This document shows positions 30,370 through 42,010 of a DNA stretch of 64,000 nucleotides, in pieces. The position numbers and the translations under genes are program-made. Within the stretch, counting starts at the first letter, position 1; every line of letters begins with the position of its first letter. The notes under the pieces were generated by a model. It was not told the DNA's origin, did no database searches, and saw only the letters and a program-made list of their open reading frames with translations. The stretch lies in the NCBI GenBank assembly GCA_963752155.1, contig CAVVXH010000015.1, positions 64,001 to 128,000 of the forward strand. The letters run 5' to 3'. This DNA comes from an uncultured Parachlamydiaceae bacterium. GTDB taxonomy: Bacteria > Chlamydiota > Chlamydiia > Chlamydiales > Parachlamydiaceae.

Positions 30370-30742
30370 GCGCCTTGCCATTGGTGCCTGACCTTATATT
30401 CTGACATTTGCCAATGCGATAACATTGCTTCCTAAAGGGCAAATGTCAGAATGTCAGGTCTGGAACCAAGGCTGGAACGTTAGGGACTGTGCAACAATAA
30501 CTTGCACGATTGGGCTTTCGCGTTGCCCAATCATACAAGTTATTATTGCACAGTCCCTTACCCCCAAGATTTACGCAACTGAAAAAAGCGTCGTTTTCAA
30601 TTAATAACAAGATACTAAATTCTGAGAGGTAATGTTTAGCCTTGGTTCCAGACCTGACATTCTGACATTTGCCCTCCTGGAGGTTACGTTATCATTGTAG
30701 GCAAATGTCAGAATATCAGGTCAGGCACCAATGGCAAGGCGC
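30370..30742. repeat. Family A composite inverted repeat, copy 3 (extra outer inverted layer about 30336-30777)
   Basis: Same arms; interior is the reverse complement of copy 1. Confidence 0.9.
30483..30557. mobile_element. Family B MITE, 75 bp
   Basis: GGGACTGTGCAA...TTGCACAGTCCC with TTA on both sides. Confidence 0.8.
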
Positions 30743-30865
30743 TTTAAAAATCTGTTATTTCCCGATAGGGGGCGCCGATGTTATAATCAGGGGTGCATAC
30801 TTAATTAGAAGTCACATATTTTGGATCCGGAAATGGGGGAGGAAGAAATGGCAAAGTTTTGGACA

Positions 30866-30960
30866 TTACGACTTCACGCAGTGGTTGAAACCACTTGGAG
30901 GCTACGCGGCTACACTCAACATCGGAGAGAGCTACAATTTGCGTAATTTCTTAGTTGTTA
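30866..30960. repeat. Family H single arm
   Basis: tcacgcagtggtt..acca.tggaggctacg.g.ctacactcaacatcgga matches 57613-57691. Confidence 0.75.
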
Positions 30961-31025
30961 AGATACTTTATTTGATTGCATCCTTAAATCTTTAAATTTT
31001 TTTTATTTTTGGGCACAATAATCAT

Positions 31026-31685
31026 ATGGCCAATATTCCCAATCATTTATTTTTCTTGTTACTTTTGATTATTACTATCCTTTCAGGATGTAATCATAAT
31101 GAGGTTCCCACCTCTCAAAGATGGCAAGAGTTCTGCTGCAGAGATACCGGTGATCCAAAAATGCGCGTCCCTCTATATCGAGGGAAAGTCCCCTCTCATT
31201 GGCAAAGGAAAGATCCTGCCGAAACTGAATCGATTGCCGATACGACAAAACCTATTGCTGAATTTCGTATTGGGAATCACGAGGAAGAACACGTCTACCT
31301 AACTCTCTTTACATTTCCTGTAGAAACCTACACCCAAAGAATTCCACCTTCAGCTCAGCTAGAACGCTGGAAACGTCAATTTGACGAGTTTGATTCCACA
31401 TCTTTAAGCATTGAACCGTATGCACATGGAGGATATGTAGGTCTTTCTATCTATGCCAAAGGGACAATCAATCAACAAGAAAGAAGCTTGCTTGGATTTA
31501 GCATGCAATTAGCCTCCATCCATTGGTTCACCTTGCAAAATTATCAAGAACACCCTCTAAAACAAATGTCTGCCGATTATACCATTAAAGCTACTGGTTC
31601 TCCTTCAGCAATACAAAAATGGAAAGAAGAGATCAAACTTTTTGCAAACAGCTTTGAATTGATTGAGGAGATACCGATCAGATGA
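31026..31685 (+). CDS. Hypothetical lipoprotein
   Basis: Hydrophobic signal ending in LSGC lipobox; overlaps next start. Confidence 0.75.
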   Translation: MANIPNHLFFLLLLIITILSGCNHNEVPTSQRWQEFCCRDTGDPKMRVPLYRGKVPSHWQRKDPAETESIADTTKPIAEFRIGNHEEEHVYLTLFTFPVETYTQRIPPSAQLERWKRQFDEFDSTSLSIEPYAHGGYVGLSIYAKGTINQQERSLLGFSMQLASIHWFTLQNYQEHPLKQMSADYTIKATGSPSAIQKWKEEIKLFANSFELIEEIPIR

Positions 31686-33595
31686 TTTCACTGTTTTACC
31701 GCATCTATCATTTTCTTGGTGGAATCACATTTGCTTTGTTCCTTATTGCTACTACAGCAGGCTTTGTCGTATTGGGCACCTTTTTTGAATCTGCAACCGA
31801 TTCTCATCGTTATGCCTCTCAACTTACTTATGGAAGCTCTTTATTCTCATTGCTGCTGTGTGGATTTTTTATCAATATTTTAATCTCTGCGTTGCGTCGA
31901 TTTCCATTTAAAAAAAGGCATTTCCCTTTTTTAATTACACATTTAGGGATGCTCATGGTCCTTGGAGGCGTACTCATAAAAATCTATTTTGGTGTTCAGG
32001 GGACAATGACCCTTCTAGAAGGAAGCGGATCAGATCTCCTTTTTCTAAAAGAAAAGCCTTCTTTGTTAATTGAAAGCAAAGAGGCCCTCGAACCTGAATT
32101 CTATACCTTTAATCGAGATTTTTCCCGTCACAGCGTATTAACACCGCTAAGATCATATACAGAACCCAATGAAGACACTTTAACAATTACTTTACTTGAT
32201 TATGCCCCAAATAGCTATGAAACAGTTGAAACATTGATCAAAGGTGACTATACATCTATTTTTAACCTTCAACCTAGCCCTGTCCACGCGTCAACCTTTA
32301 CCTATGAAGAACTTCCACTCCCTTCAATCGTAAATCTTCCTCAATCTAAAGAAAATCCCTGGAACTTACTTGCACTAGCGACCGACTCACCTGAAAGCAT
32401 TGCCAAAAAAGTCTACGCCGATATCATTACGGTCACACTACGAGAAATTCATTCTAGGGAACTTCTTTATCAAGGTTCATTAAATCAGCTTCTAAAAAAT
32501 TCGGAAAAATTCAAAGCACGCTTAAATTTCTCATGGACTCCATTAAAAGGATTTGACCACCCCACACTTTACGTCGAACTGAGAGAACAAGAGAAAGAGG
32601 ACAAGGTTGCTATTTCATTAGATGGGCACGAAGCATTGCTAAATCGGAATGCTTTCCCTTTTCTTGGGAAAGGTTTGATGACTGTCGATTTAAATGCGAC
32701 TCCCACATTATTGCTATTGAAAGACCTACAGAATGATGTTCATGTATTTGCAATTTCAAGATATGGACAAGTCGCCTTTAAGAAATGCTGTCAAGGTGTT
32801 TTGGATAATATTTTAGCTTATGATCATGGCTATCTGGGCTATAGCCAAGAAATACGAATCCCTTACGTAGAAAATGTTTTCAATAGACAAATGCGCGAAC
32901 TTCTATTTTTAGATACGATGCAATCTGACAGAAAAAGAGAATTTTCACCTGAGGTTCTCTTGTCAGGCTATTTAAGAGCTTATGGTATGGGCCTCGATCT
33001 CGAACACAACTTTTCTTTACCTTCCCTGCTTGATCTTGAGACTCAAGATTCTCCTTTAGTCCTCGAAAGCCCATTATCTATACGTCATAAAGCAACTTCC
33101 CCTTCGAAAAAATTGGAAAACAATATTCCCTGCGTTTTTCTTCATTTTAAAAAAGGGTCTCGTGAAGAAGTGATTTCTTTGAGATACGATCCGACGGGAA
33201 GTGGTTTTAAGTGGCCTGTACTCAATGGAGAATACATTGTACGTTTTCAGCCTCTATTACAGAAAATCCCCTATCGTTTAAGATTAAGACAAGCGAGACA
33301 AATCAACTACCCAACTTCCTCACAACCTTTTAGTTACGAAAGTGATCTTATCATTACTGATAAGTCAAATAACCTAGCCATTGAAAGTCAAATCAGCATG
33401 AATCAAGTGCATGAAACCTTGGATGGGTATCGTTTCTACCTTACTGAGATCTTTCCTGCTGACAAGGGTTCCTTAAAAAGGATACACATTGTCGTTAATC
33501 AAGACCCTGCCAAATACTTGTTGACTTATCCTGGAGCCTTTTTAATGGTTTTAGGAATATTTATGTTGTTTTTCCGGCGAAAAAGTTATGAGTGA
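31682..33595 (+). CDS. ResB-like cytochrome c biogenesis membrane protein
   Basis: Three N-terminal TMs with ITHLG motif, C-terminal ISMN and VNQDP...TYPG TM. Confidence 0.7.
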   Translation: MISLFYRIYHFLGGITFALFLIATTAGFVVLGTFFESATDSHRYASQLTYGSSLFSLLLCGFFINILISALRRFPFKKRHFPFLITHLGMLMVLGGVLIKIYFGVQGTMTLLEGSGSDLLFLKEKPSLLIESKEALEPEFYTFNRDFSRHSVLTPLRSYTEPNEDTLTITLLDYAPNSYETVETLIKGDYTSIFNLQPSPVHASTFTYEELPLPSIVNLPQSKENPWNLLALATDSPESIAKKVYADIITVTLREIHSRELLYQGSLNQLLKNSEKFKARLNFSWTPLKGFDHPTLYVELREQEKEDKVAISLDGHEALLNRNAFPFLGKGLMTVDLNATPTLLLLKDLQNDVHVFAISRYGQVAFKKCCQGVLDNILAYDHGYLGYSQEIRIPYVENVFNRQMRELLFLDTMQSDRKREFSPEVLLSGYLRAYGMGLDLEHNFSLPSLLDLETQDSPLVLESPLSIRHKATSPSKKLENNIPCVFLHFKKGSREEVISLRYDPTGSGFKWPVLNGEYIVRFQPLLQKIPYRLRLRQARQINYPTSSQPFSYESDLIITDKSNNLAIESQISMNQVHETLDGYRFYLTEIFPADKGSLKRIHIVVNQDPAKYLLTYPGAFLMVLGIFMLFFRRKSYE

Positions 33596-33604
33596 ATGGG
33601 TGAA

Positions 33605-35097
33605 TTACACTTCAATTTTAAGAGATGGTTTTTGCTTGTTTAGCTCTTCGATGGCTCCTGCAGAGATATTTGTATGTGTTAAAATCACTTCCTGAAGTGA
33701 AGAAATTTTAAGCGCATTAACGATCCCTTGATCAGATAAATTTTGGCATCGGGTTAAATTCAAATGACTTAAAGAAGTTATTCGTTTGACTATTTCCAAC
33801 AATTCTTGATCTTCAATGGACGTACGACCAAGATCTAAGCTCACAAACTGCTGCTGACAAGTGGCCAATGCATGAAAGGCCGTATTATTTAGGCTGCGGC
33901 ATTCACTAATCGTTAATTCACGGAGTTGACGGGCCGAAAGTAATATCAATGAAAACTCTTCTTGACTTAGAAATTCACAACGGGAAAGATTTAATGTAAT
34001 TAAGCGTGTGAGCTTCGTCAATTCTCCCCAACTCACCAAAGTGATCCGAGAACAACTTGTTAGATTTAGCTTTTGAAGCGATGGAAAATTTATACAAATT
34101 TTTTTAAAATAAACATCATCAAGCACAAAAGATCCAGCAAAAATGAGCTCTGTGAGATGTTGAAGAAGATAAATATTTTCCGAGAAGACTCTCATTCTAC
34201 CCAGATCCATCGAGATCAATCTAGGACAATGTTGCAAAAGGGTTATCACCGCAGAATCTTCCATCACCCTTTCACCTGCAATGAAATGAGTCACATAAGG
34301 AGTCCATTTAGAAAATTGTTCTAATGAAAATTCAGATGAAACTTCAAGTTCAAGAGCTAATTGTTCAATATTTAAGGGGAAAAGGACAACGCCTCCTTGA
34401 AATGAGTTAAATAGCTCACAACATCTTTTTTTGACTCGTATTAAAGAGTTATTTTCAGAGATTTCGATATATTCAAAAAGGTTCTCTGGAGTTATATACC
34501 TTAGCATGAGCTCTTCACTCTCATCCTCAAGCTCTTTAAACTCACAACCTCGAGCCAAATGCAATATCCTAAGAATATCTTTTTCATCAAGTAAATGCAG
34601 CTCTTTAACTTTTCCCTTATAAGCATATTCTCTGAGAATCGAAAAATCTGCATAAGGAGCATTCGTAAAAGAAAAGCTTTTCTTGCCTTTTTCAAGACAA
34701 TTTGTTCGAATATAATTAGACCAATATGGAGAAGCTGTTTGAAAAAGTAGGCTGTTAATGCTAATTGTGCGATCTGAAAGTTCAACGATGAGGTTTAAAG
34801 GCAACCATTTATTGAAATTTTGAAAATGTTCACGGATAGCAGCCGCAACGCTGCGCACCGATTCGATACGCAAAATATCGTGGAAGGATTGTTGATTTAT
34901 CCATTCGAGAGCATTCTTTGAAAAATGGGGATGTCTATTGCACCAGGTCTCATCTTCACAGCTTGCAGCAAAGAAACTTAATAAATCTTGGGGATTTTTA
35001 TCAACATCTCAAGTAGCTGATCTTCAGTTTCAGCGACTTGATATCTTGTAAAAAGTTCATCTGGAAGGGTGTAGGGCATTAACATAGATCTATCCAT
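33605..35097 (-). CDS. BTB/POZ plus LRR protein, frameshift near 35000
   Basis: BTB-like ASPYW segment and F-box/LRR-type repeats. The frame stays open upstream of 34873 (NPQDLLSFFAASCEDETW) and joins MDRSMLMPY (ATG 35097) if one A is added to an A5 run. Confidence 0.78.
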
Positions 35098-35131
35098 TAT
35101 AATCCTGTATATACTATGAACGAGAAATAAA

Positions 35132-35488
35132 ATGAAAAATAAAATTATCCTTCCTGATAATGACGATGACCTATTAAACGAATGCACTGTCACAGCTTAT
35201 CGTGCAAGCGGATCTGGAGGTCAACATGTCAATGTAACAGATAGTGCTGTCCGCCTAAAACATATCCCCTCTGGGATAGTCGTCACTTGTCAAAAAGAAA
35301 GAAGTCAATATCTCAATAAAAGAGAATGTATCAAAAAATTGCGCCATCTCGTTGAAAAACTCAACTATGTAAAACCCAGAAGAATCCCTACAGCCATTTC
35401 AAAAACAACCAAAGCCAAAAATTTAGATAAGAAAAGTAAACATTCACTTAAAAAATTTTTAAGGAGGAATGTAAATGAGCCTAACTGA
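35132..35488 (+). CDS. Peptide chain release factor-like protein (ArfB/YaeJ-type)
   Basis: [11 protein letters not shown] with GGQ motif, ERSQYLN, basic C-terminal tail. Confidence 0.88.
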   Translation: MKNKIILPDNDDDLLNECTVTAYRASGSGGQHVNVTDSAVRLKHIPSGIVVTCQKERSQYLNKRECIKKLRHLVEKLNYVKPRRIPTAISKTTKAKNLDKKSKHSLKKFLRRNVNEPN

Positions 35489-35585
35489 TAAGATAAACAC
35501 AACAGTAAATCAACAATATAAAACATTGAACTTATATCACAATTTTCTTATTATTGAAAGGAGAAAAAACTATATTTAAAGATAT

Positions 35586-35894
35586 ATGCCTTATCAAACG
35601 AACTTTGATCCAAGACTACCAATCAATACAAACTTTATTCCGCCTAAACAAAACCAAGAGGTTTCTCCTACAATTATATACGTTAATCCAACACTAAAAC
35701 AACCTAAGCCACTTTCACCTTATAAAAAAAATACATGGGGAAATAAATATTCGATAAGTAATCTTAGAAACTATTTGAGCAATGTCAAATCAGTAAAATT
35801 AAAAATCCTATTAGCTTTAAAAGAACAACCTCTTACCCTGAAAGACATTACATTAATTTTAAGTGAAGAAACATTGTACATGCTTGCAGACTAA
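35586..35894 (+). CDS. Hypothetical protein
   Basis: 102-aa ORF, no recognisable motif. Confidence 0.4.
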   Translation: MPYQTNFDPRLPINTNFIPPKQNQEVSPTIIYVNPTLKQPKPLSPYKKNTWGNKYSISNLRNYLSNVKSVKLKILLALKEQPLTLKDITLILSEETLYMLAD

Positions 35895-35919
35895 TCAGGG
35901 AAAAAAGTGTGCGGAGTAC

Positions 35920-36153
35920 AGCAATTCCCGCTAAACTTTGGTGCTCGGGTGCGCACGTGCGTGCCGTGCCCCTTACTTTCCGCAGGTAAAAGTGATGCAA
36001 GATTTTATCCGAAAAACATTTTATACTATTGTGTCGGGTTAGGTCTACACTTTTTTTTATTCATTTTTCGGAACATTTTTCAATTTGACCCCGAAATCAC
36101 CTCTCCTTCAATCAATCAATAAATAAATAAATAAATACGACCTTCCTTTTGAG
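35920..36153. repeat. Family E left end plus ~190 bp interior
   Basis: Close match to 54586-54825. Confidence 0.85.
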
Positions 36154-36390
36154 CGATAAAACGATTAAGAACGATAAAAACGATAAAAACGATAAAAACG
36201 ATAAAAACGATAAGAACGATGGAAAAAGACTAGAAATTACCTCATCAAAATCTTTAGGAAAAGGCTGCAAAACAATGAGGACTTTTCGATTAGTCTAGAA
36301 GAAATCTTTAAGAAAAAGTATGCGCAAAATCGTTCTTATCGTTCCTATCGTTCTTATCGTTCCTATCGTTTTATCGTTCTTATCGTTTTT
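36154..36390. repeat. Family D inverted 9-bp arrays, copy 2
   Basis: Forward 36154-36220, reverse 36329-36390; spacer core homologous to 21821-21862. Confidence 0.9.
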
Positions 36391-37032
36391 TTAGATGATT
36401 TCCCATTGCTGTTGCAAACCAATACTATGTAATTTTCTCGTAGGATTTACGATCACTTTATTTCCACAACTGAGCAAAAAAGAAAGATCGAGAGAACTAT
36501 CGCTATAAGCAGTACTATTTTGATAGGCTATACCATTCTCTTGAAAGGCTTTAGATGCCCAAGCTGCCTTGACGTCCCCCTCAACTAAATGCTCAATATG
36601 TGAGAATAAACCTGCAGAGCTTACAGCATAGATGGAAGACTCAACGTGCAAAACACCGAGTTTCTGAGCAATCGTGCTAACAATAAATTTTGGAGAACTC
36701 GATAAAATAGCCACAAAATGACCTGCATTTTGAGCCCTTTTAAGCCGTTCAATGGCTGGGCTATAAAGAATAGTATTCAAATGACCCTCAACAAATTGAT
36801 TGGCATACATCTCAATCTGCTTCGCTGACCGCCCCTGAAAAAGCCTCTTAAAAATCGCATGATGAACGGATACAATCGAAATCAAACCCAGTTTATGCAA
36901 AAGATAAATGCTTAAAAGCTGCAAAAGACGAAAAAAAGAGAAAAAACCCTGTTGGTACAAGAACTTGCCAAAGTAAAAACTGCTATTTACCTTCAGCAAA
37001 GTTCCGTCTAGATCAAATAGGCTTGCATGCAT
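36391..37032 (-). CDS. HAD-IB family hydrolase
   Basis: FDLDGTL, AYSDS..D, VNP motifs. Confidence 0.9.
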   Translation of the reverse strand: MHASLFDLDGTLLKVNSSFYFGKFLYQQGFFSFFRLLQLLSIYLLHKLGLISIVSVHHAIFKRLFQGRSAKQIEMYANQFVEGHLNTILYSPAIERLKRAQNAGHFVAILSSSPKFIVSTIAQKLGVLHVESSIYAVSSAGLFSHIEHLVEGDVKAAWASKAFQENGIAYQNSTAYSDSSLDLSFLLSCGNKVIVNPTRKLHSIGLQQQWEII

Positions 37033-37046
37033 AAACTCACAAGGGT

Positions 37047-38927
37047 TTATTGGCCATTATCCTTCATTTTTAATCGAATGGCAATCGTCTCTTCAATTTC
37101 CCTGATACCTTCTGAAATCTTATCCAGACGTTCTTTTTCAGCAGTGATTTGAATATTAAAGTTCATCGCTTTTTCGAAATCTAAGCCCGAATTACCACTT
37201 TCTTTTCGGAGATGCTCTAGTTGTTTTTTGATTTCTTGACGACGCTCTTTCCGCTGTTGTAAGACTTTTTTAAGTTGTTCAATAGCTTGACGGTCATCAT
37301 CTGAAAGGGACAATACATCCATCTCTTTCTTTTCGATGAGTGCATCTTTCACGGGTTTAAGCAAACGTTCTAGCTCTTGCTTTTCCAATTTTGTGGCTTG
37401 AAGTTCTGAAATTCTCTGAACGAATTCATCTCTCTTGGCTGTTAAGGAAGCAGCATTGTAGGCTTCCAGATCCAACAACAAAGCACTAATTTCATTTTTT
37501 ATTTCTTGAACTCGGAATTTTTTAAGCTTCTCTCGTTCTAAGACTTGATTGGCACGTTCTTGCTCTTCCAATTTAGCTTTATCAATCATTGGTTGGCGTA
37601 TTGAATTCACTTGATCACGCAAAGCCTTAATCTCATCGCGGCCAAGTTCCACATGACGCAATTCAGCAAGAACAGCATCCAAAGCAGTGTGCACCCCTTC
37701 ACAATCGAGAGTTCCTTCTTGCATTTGTTGTTCAATTTGAATGAGTTTGTCATGAAGAACCTGCGCATTCTCTTTATGAAGTGCTTTGTGCTGAGCTCGC
37801 TGCCTTTTGCGCTCTTTATCACCACTTTTCAATTTATCCCAACACTCGCTTAAACGCATGCGTGTATAAGTAAACGATTGAGTGTTAAGAGTGAGAAGCT
37901 TAGCAATAGCTTGCAATGTTTTGATCTCTTCCCGCAAATAGAAAAATGACTCATGAAAGGATTCGTTAGCAAAATATTGCTCCACAAAATGATCCACATC
38001 GGTACTAAAATTTTGGCTCAATTCTTTAATGAGTTCTTTGCGTCGAGGAAACGTTTTATCGCCTGCATTAGAGAGGCGCTGGAAAAATTTATTTTTCTGG
38101 CGAACGCGCATTTCGATGCGAATGAGCTCTTTACGCAAAGCTGTGATGCGGCTTGCATGGGCATTGAGAAGGTTTAATTCCCTCTGAGTGTTTACATAAT
38201 ATTCAGAATTTGACTTCAGAGATTGGCTACTTTTCAAAAGATCATGCCCAGATATATTTCCTAATGCTTGCTCGGTGTTTTCCTGCTCATTTTCGATGGC
38301 TTTAATGGCAATTTCAATTTGTTCAGAGGCAAAGGCACTTTGTTCATCTAGAGTTTCTTTCAGGCGTCGGGCTTCTTTAGAAAGTTCAGCATATGTATTC
38401 CAAAGCTCTGTACGTGAAACAGGATTGATATTTTCTTTAAAGAGTTGCAAAGCAATCGTACGAGCATCCCAGAAGCCTTTAAAGTAAGGAGTTCCTTGTT
38501 TTGTTGCTAAAGCGGTCGACATAAAAGAAATCACGTGCCGAAGCTTTCCTTCAGCATCGTTAATAGCTTCAAGTTTTGCTACAAAAGATTCATAGAGCTG
38601 CTTTCGATTCAATTCTTTGTTATCCACAGCTTTGCGATGAATCTCCTCATCACTGCCTATTACAGGATTAGCCGAATTTGAAGGCTCGCTTTCCACTCCG
38701 GAATCTTCTTCAGTTTGTAGATTTTCCGCATTTAAATGTTCTTCTTCAATGCGAATTTCCTCAGCGAGGCGCTCTTCTGAAAGGTGACTTTCCGTGGCAG
38801 GAGCTTCAAAAGACTCATGAGAGGCAGGTGAGGAGGTTTCGTCCAGGTTCTCTATGATATCATTAGCTGCAAAAATATTCTCGTGTAGCATTTCTTGATC
38901 ACCAAAATTTTGTTTATCATCATTCAT
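37047..38927 (-). CDS. Coiled-coil hypothetical protein with acidic N-terminus
   Basis: Long ORF, heptad-rich. Confidence 0.8.
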   Translation of the reverse strand: MNDDKQNFGDQEMLHENIFAANDIIENLDETSSPASHESFEAPATESHLSEERLAEEIRIEEEHLNAENLQTEEDSGVESEPSNSANPVIGSDEEIHRKAVDNKELNRKQLYESFVAKLEAINDAEGKLRHVISFMSTALATKQGTPYFKGFWDARTIALQLFKENINPVSRTELWNTYAELSKEARRLKETLDEQSAFASEQIEIAIKAIENEQENTEQALGNISGHDLLKSSQSLKSNSEYYVNTQRELNLLNAHASRITALRKELIRIEMRVRQKNKFFQRLSNAGDKTFPRRKELIKELSQNFSTDVDHFVEQYFANESFHESFFYLREEIKTLQAIAKLLTLNTQSFTYTRMRLSECWDKLKSGDKERKRQRAQHKALHKENAQVLHDKLIQIEQQMQEGTLDCEGVHTALDAVLAELRHVELGRDEIKALRDQVNSIRQPMIDKAKLEEQERANQVLEREKLKKFRVQEIKNEISALLLDLEAYNAASLTAKRDEFVQRISELQATKLEKQELERLLKPVKDALIEKKEMDVLSLSDDDRQAIEQLKKVLQQRKERRQEIKKQLEHLRKESGNSGLDFEKAMNFNIQITAEKERLDKISEGIREIEETIAIRLKMKDNGQ

Positions 38928-39161
38928 GTTTCTCTAACTCTTTTTTAACTTTAAGGATGTCCCTTCGGGAACTTCATTTCAGAAGCCGTCTGTTGAATTT
39001 TTAATGCGATATACTTCAAACCCAAGGACAATAAATTTAAAGATGTTTTACAAGATGATTGTAGTAGATTTCTCATTTCTCGTAAAGTGTTAGATGCTCT
39101 CTTTCAGCAATTTCCGCTAAAAATAAAGAATATCTGAACGAGGTTCGTAGCCAACTAGTCT

Positions 39162-39920
39162 TTAATTTTTAGCAGGAATTACTGCACTTCCTGCATCCTT
39201 ATCAACAATCCAAAAGGCACGGTGTTGAGGAGTTCCTATTTTTTGTATCGGTAAATCATTAGGTCGATAAGGGCCTGTAAGAACTTCATTGAGCCTACTG
39301 CTTTTGCTCTTACCTAAAACATAAATGACTATTTCTTTGGCGTTATTGATGCACTCATATGTTAATGTGAGTCGCCAGGTTTCTAATGAAGGAATAAAAT
39401 TAGCGACAACTAGTCTTTCAGTAGGCTGAAGTCCATGGGTACGAGGAAAAAGAGAAGCTGTGTGTCCATCATCTCCCATGCCTAACATGATCAGATCAAA
39501 ACTCCCTTCAGGAACTTTTTCAAGAATAATTTTCTCATAGATTTGAGCATTTTGTTCTATCCTCGATTCCCCTACCATGCGGAAAATATTTTCACTGGGA
39601 ACGCCAATATGACTAAATGCTGCATCCATTGCCATTTTATAATTGCTGTCAGGGTGATCAGGCCCTACAGAGCGCTCATCGCTCCAAAAGAGCATCACTT
39701 TGCTCCAATCTACTCGAGAACGATTTTGTGGAGCAGCAAGCAAGGTATAAATGCCTTTTGGAGTGCTTCCTCCTGATAGAGCCACAGTAAAAAGACCTCG
39801 CTCTTTAATGGCATTAGTCGCAGTTCTGATGAAATGCTCTGCAGAATATTTCAATGTTTCATCGCGATCGCCTACAACAACAATATCGCGAGTTTCACCC
39901 AATGTTTGGATTTCCGGCAT
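39162..39920 (-). CDS. pgl: 6-phosphogluconolactonase
   Basis: ALSGGSTP, FWSDER, LGMGDDGHTASLFP; start probably MPEIQ. Confidence 0.95.
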   Translation of the reverse strand: MPEIQTLGETRDIVVVGDRDETLKYSAEHFIRTATNAIKERGLFTVALSGGSTPKGIYTLLAAPQNRSRVDWSKVMLFWSDERSVGPDHPDSNYKMAMDAAFSHIGVPSENIFRMVGESRIEQNAQIYEKIILEKVPEGSFDLIMLGMGDDGHTASLFPRTHGLQPTERLVVANFIPSLETWRLTLTYECINNAKEIVIYVLGKSKSSRLNEVLTGPYRPNDLPIQKIGTPQHRAFWIVDKDAGSAVIPAKN

Positions 39921-39928
39921 GTTATCCC

Positions 39929-41467
39929 CTAAAGCCACTGTCGACCATTACGTTCAAGAAGCTGATCAGCTTCTTTGGGACCCCAAGTTCCCGCAGAATA
40001 ATTGGGAAAATTCGAATTAGAGCCTTGGCTCCATTTTTCTAATACAGGTGTTAACAGTCGCCAAGAGGCCATCACTTCATCAGCACGTGCAAACAGAGTA
40101 TTGTCGCCGATCATGCAATCATAGAGAAGTCTTTCATAGGCCTCTGGAGGAGTAGCTTTGAAATACGAATGATACTGGAAATCCATTTTGACGGGCTGCA
40201 AGCAAGTATACCCTGGTATTTTGCAGTTCATATTGAGAGAAATCCCCTCATCAGGTTGAATACGGATCACTAACACATTCTGCTCAACTTTCCCTCCATG
40301 GGTTTCAAATAGAAAACCAGGAACCTCTTTAAAAACGACAGCAATTTCAGTTGCTCTACGAGGCAAACGCTTACCTGCACGCAAATAAAAGGGCACGCCC
40401 GACCAACGCCAATTGTCAATGAAAAGCTCTAGGGCAACAAATGTTTCCACATTCGATGCAGGATTGACATTATCCTCTTGACGATACCCTTTAACATTTT
40501 CTTTATTAACCACCCCTTCCCCATATTGCCCTCGTACAGCATAGGTATCGATATTGTTTATATCAAAAGGGCGAATAGACTCTACAACTTTAACTTTTTC
40601 ATTGCGGATAGCATTCGCATTTAAGCTCGTAGGAGGTTCCATGGCAACTAATGAAAGGAGTTGCATCATGTGATTTTGTACAATATCCCGCAACATTCCA
40701 GCTTCTTCCCAAAACTTTCCTCGAGTCCCAACTCCCATATCCTCGCTGACGGTAATTTGAATGTTGTCGACATAACGATTATTCCAATTTGCTTCAAAAA
40801 AAGGATTGCTAAAGCGGAAAAGGAGAATATTTTGAACAGTCTCTTTACCTAAATAGTGGTCGATGCGGTAAATTTGATTTTCGTTAAGTCTAGAGGTCAT
40901 TTCTTCCTGAAGCTGCTCAGCTGATTGCAAATCATGACCAAAGGGCTTTTCAACGATAACACGCGACCACTTCTCTTCGACTGGATATTTGTATTGATAG
41001 AGTAAATTGTGCTCTTTTAACTTCTTCGTAACCAACGAAAAAAAGCTTGGCTGAGTCGAAAGATAATAAAGTCGATTTCCTTTTGTTCCAAACTTTTCAT
41101 CAAATTCCTTCATCCGAAGACCTAATTTTTCATATCCTTCATCTTCATGGAAATCTGACTGATGGTAAAAAAGTTTAGAGCTAAATGAATCCCACAACTG
41201 CATATCTACAGGCTTGGTGCGAGAAAAATTATTAACTGCATTGAACATCTCCTCTCGAAATTCCTGATCTGATTTATTCCTTCGAGCAAAAGCCACGAAA
41301 ACAAAATTCTCCGGCAGTTGCCCTTCAAGGTCCAAATTATACAAAGCCGGAAGTAATTTTCGACTTGTCAGATCACCTGTAGCACCAAAAATCACCAAAA
41401 CGCAAGGTTGAGGAGACTTACATTGACGATTCATATAAGCAACTGAGGCGGCATGAAGTACTGACAT
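39929..41467 (-). CDS. zwf: Glucose-6-phosphate 1-dehydrogenase
   Basis: GATGDL, RIDHYLGKE, WRWSGVPFYLRAGK. Confidence 0.97.
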   Translation of the reverse strand: MSVLHAASVAYMNRQCKSPQPCVLVIFGATGDLTSRKLLPALYNLDLEGQLPENFVFVAFARRNKSDQEFREEMFNAVNNFSRTKPVDMQLWDSFSSKLFYHQSDFHEDEGYEKLGLRMKEFDEKFGTKGNRLYYLSTQPSFFSLVTKKLKEHNLLYQYKYPVEEKWSRVIVEKPFGHDLQSAEQLQEEMTSRLNENQIYRIDHYLGKETVQNILLFRFSNPFFEANWNNRYVDNIQITVSEDMGVGTRGKFWEEAGMLRDIVQNHMMQLLSLVAMEPPTSLNANAIRNEKVKVVESIRPFDINNIDTYAVRGQYGEGVVNKENVKGYRQEDNVNPASNVETFVALELFIDNWRWSGVPFYLRAGKRLPRRATEIAVVFKEVPGFLFETHGGKVEQNVLVIRIQPDEGISLNMNCKIPGYTCLQPVKMDFQYHSYFKATPPEAYERLLYDCMIGDNTLFARADEVMASWRLLTPVLEKWSQGSNSNFPNYSAGTWGPKEADQLLERNGRQWL

Positions 41468-41669
41468 AATAATGCTCTTTTACAATCTTTAAAACTGAGA
41501 TGAGGGAGTCGAGAAAAAGAAACCGCTCACTTATTTGCCATGATATCTAAATCAAAAGAAAATTTCAATAGTCCAAATTTCATGTGCCCTGGAAAAAAGC
41601 AAGGTCGCTGGAATCTGGATTGAGATTGAATTTTTCGGAAAATTTTGTGCCATAGATACGACAATATTT

Positions 41670-42008
41670 CTATATGTTGGAGGCAAGAGAAGGTTTGGTT
41701 GCCTTTATTTTCTTATGCCTTGTTTGTGTGCGTCTCGGAGAGTGTTTTTTAGCTTGAACTACGGTTTCTTTTCCCATTTCATACAAAACGTCTGGGCATA
41801 TGTCTGCATCATTAGGCCACACAATACTTAATGGATGTTTTTCGTCATCTAAAGAAACCTGCTTGAAGAGTTCAATATCTTGCAATGGGGCAAAATAAAA
41901 TCCTCCTTTTTTAACCAAGCTAGAAAGATCGACAATTTTAGTTTTTTTATCGCTGAACAGAAGCTTTAGCTTGTATCCGTTTATGTACTCAACTTTCTTT
42001 ACTCTCAT
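41670..42008 (-). CDS. DUF2442-domain protein (putative antitoxin-like partner)
   Basis: V..VEY..GYKLKL.FSD, IVWPNDADICPDVLY. Confidence 0.85.
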   Translation of the reverse strand: MRVKKVEYINGYKLKLLFSDKKTKIVDLSSLVKKGGFYFAPLQDIELFKQVSLDDEKHPLSIVWPNDADICPDVLYEMGKETVVQAKKHSPRRTQTRHKKIKATKPSLASNI

Positions 42009-42010
42009 GT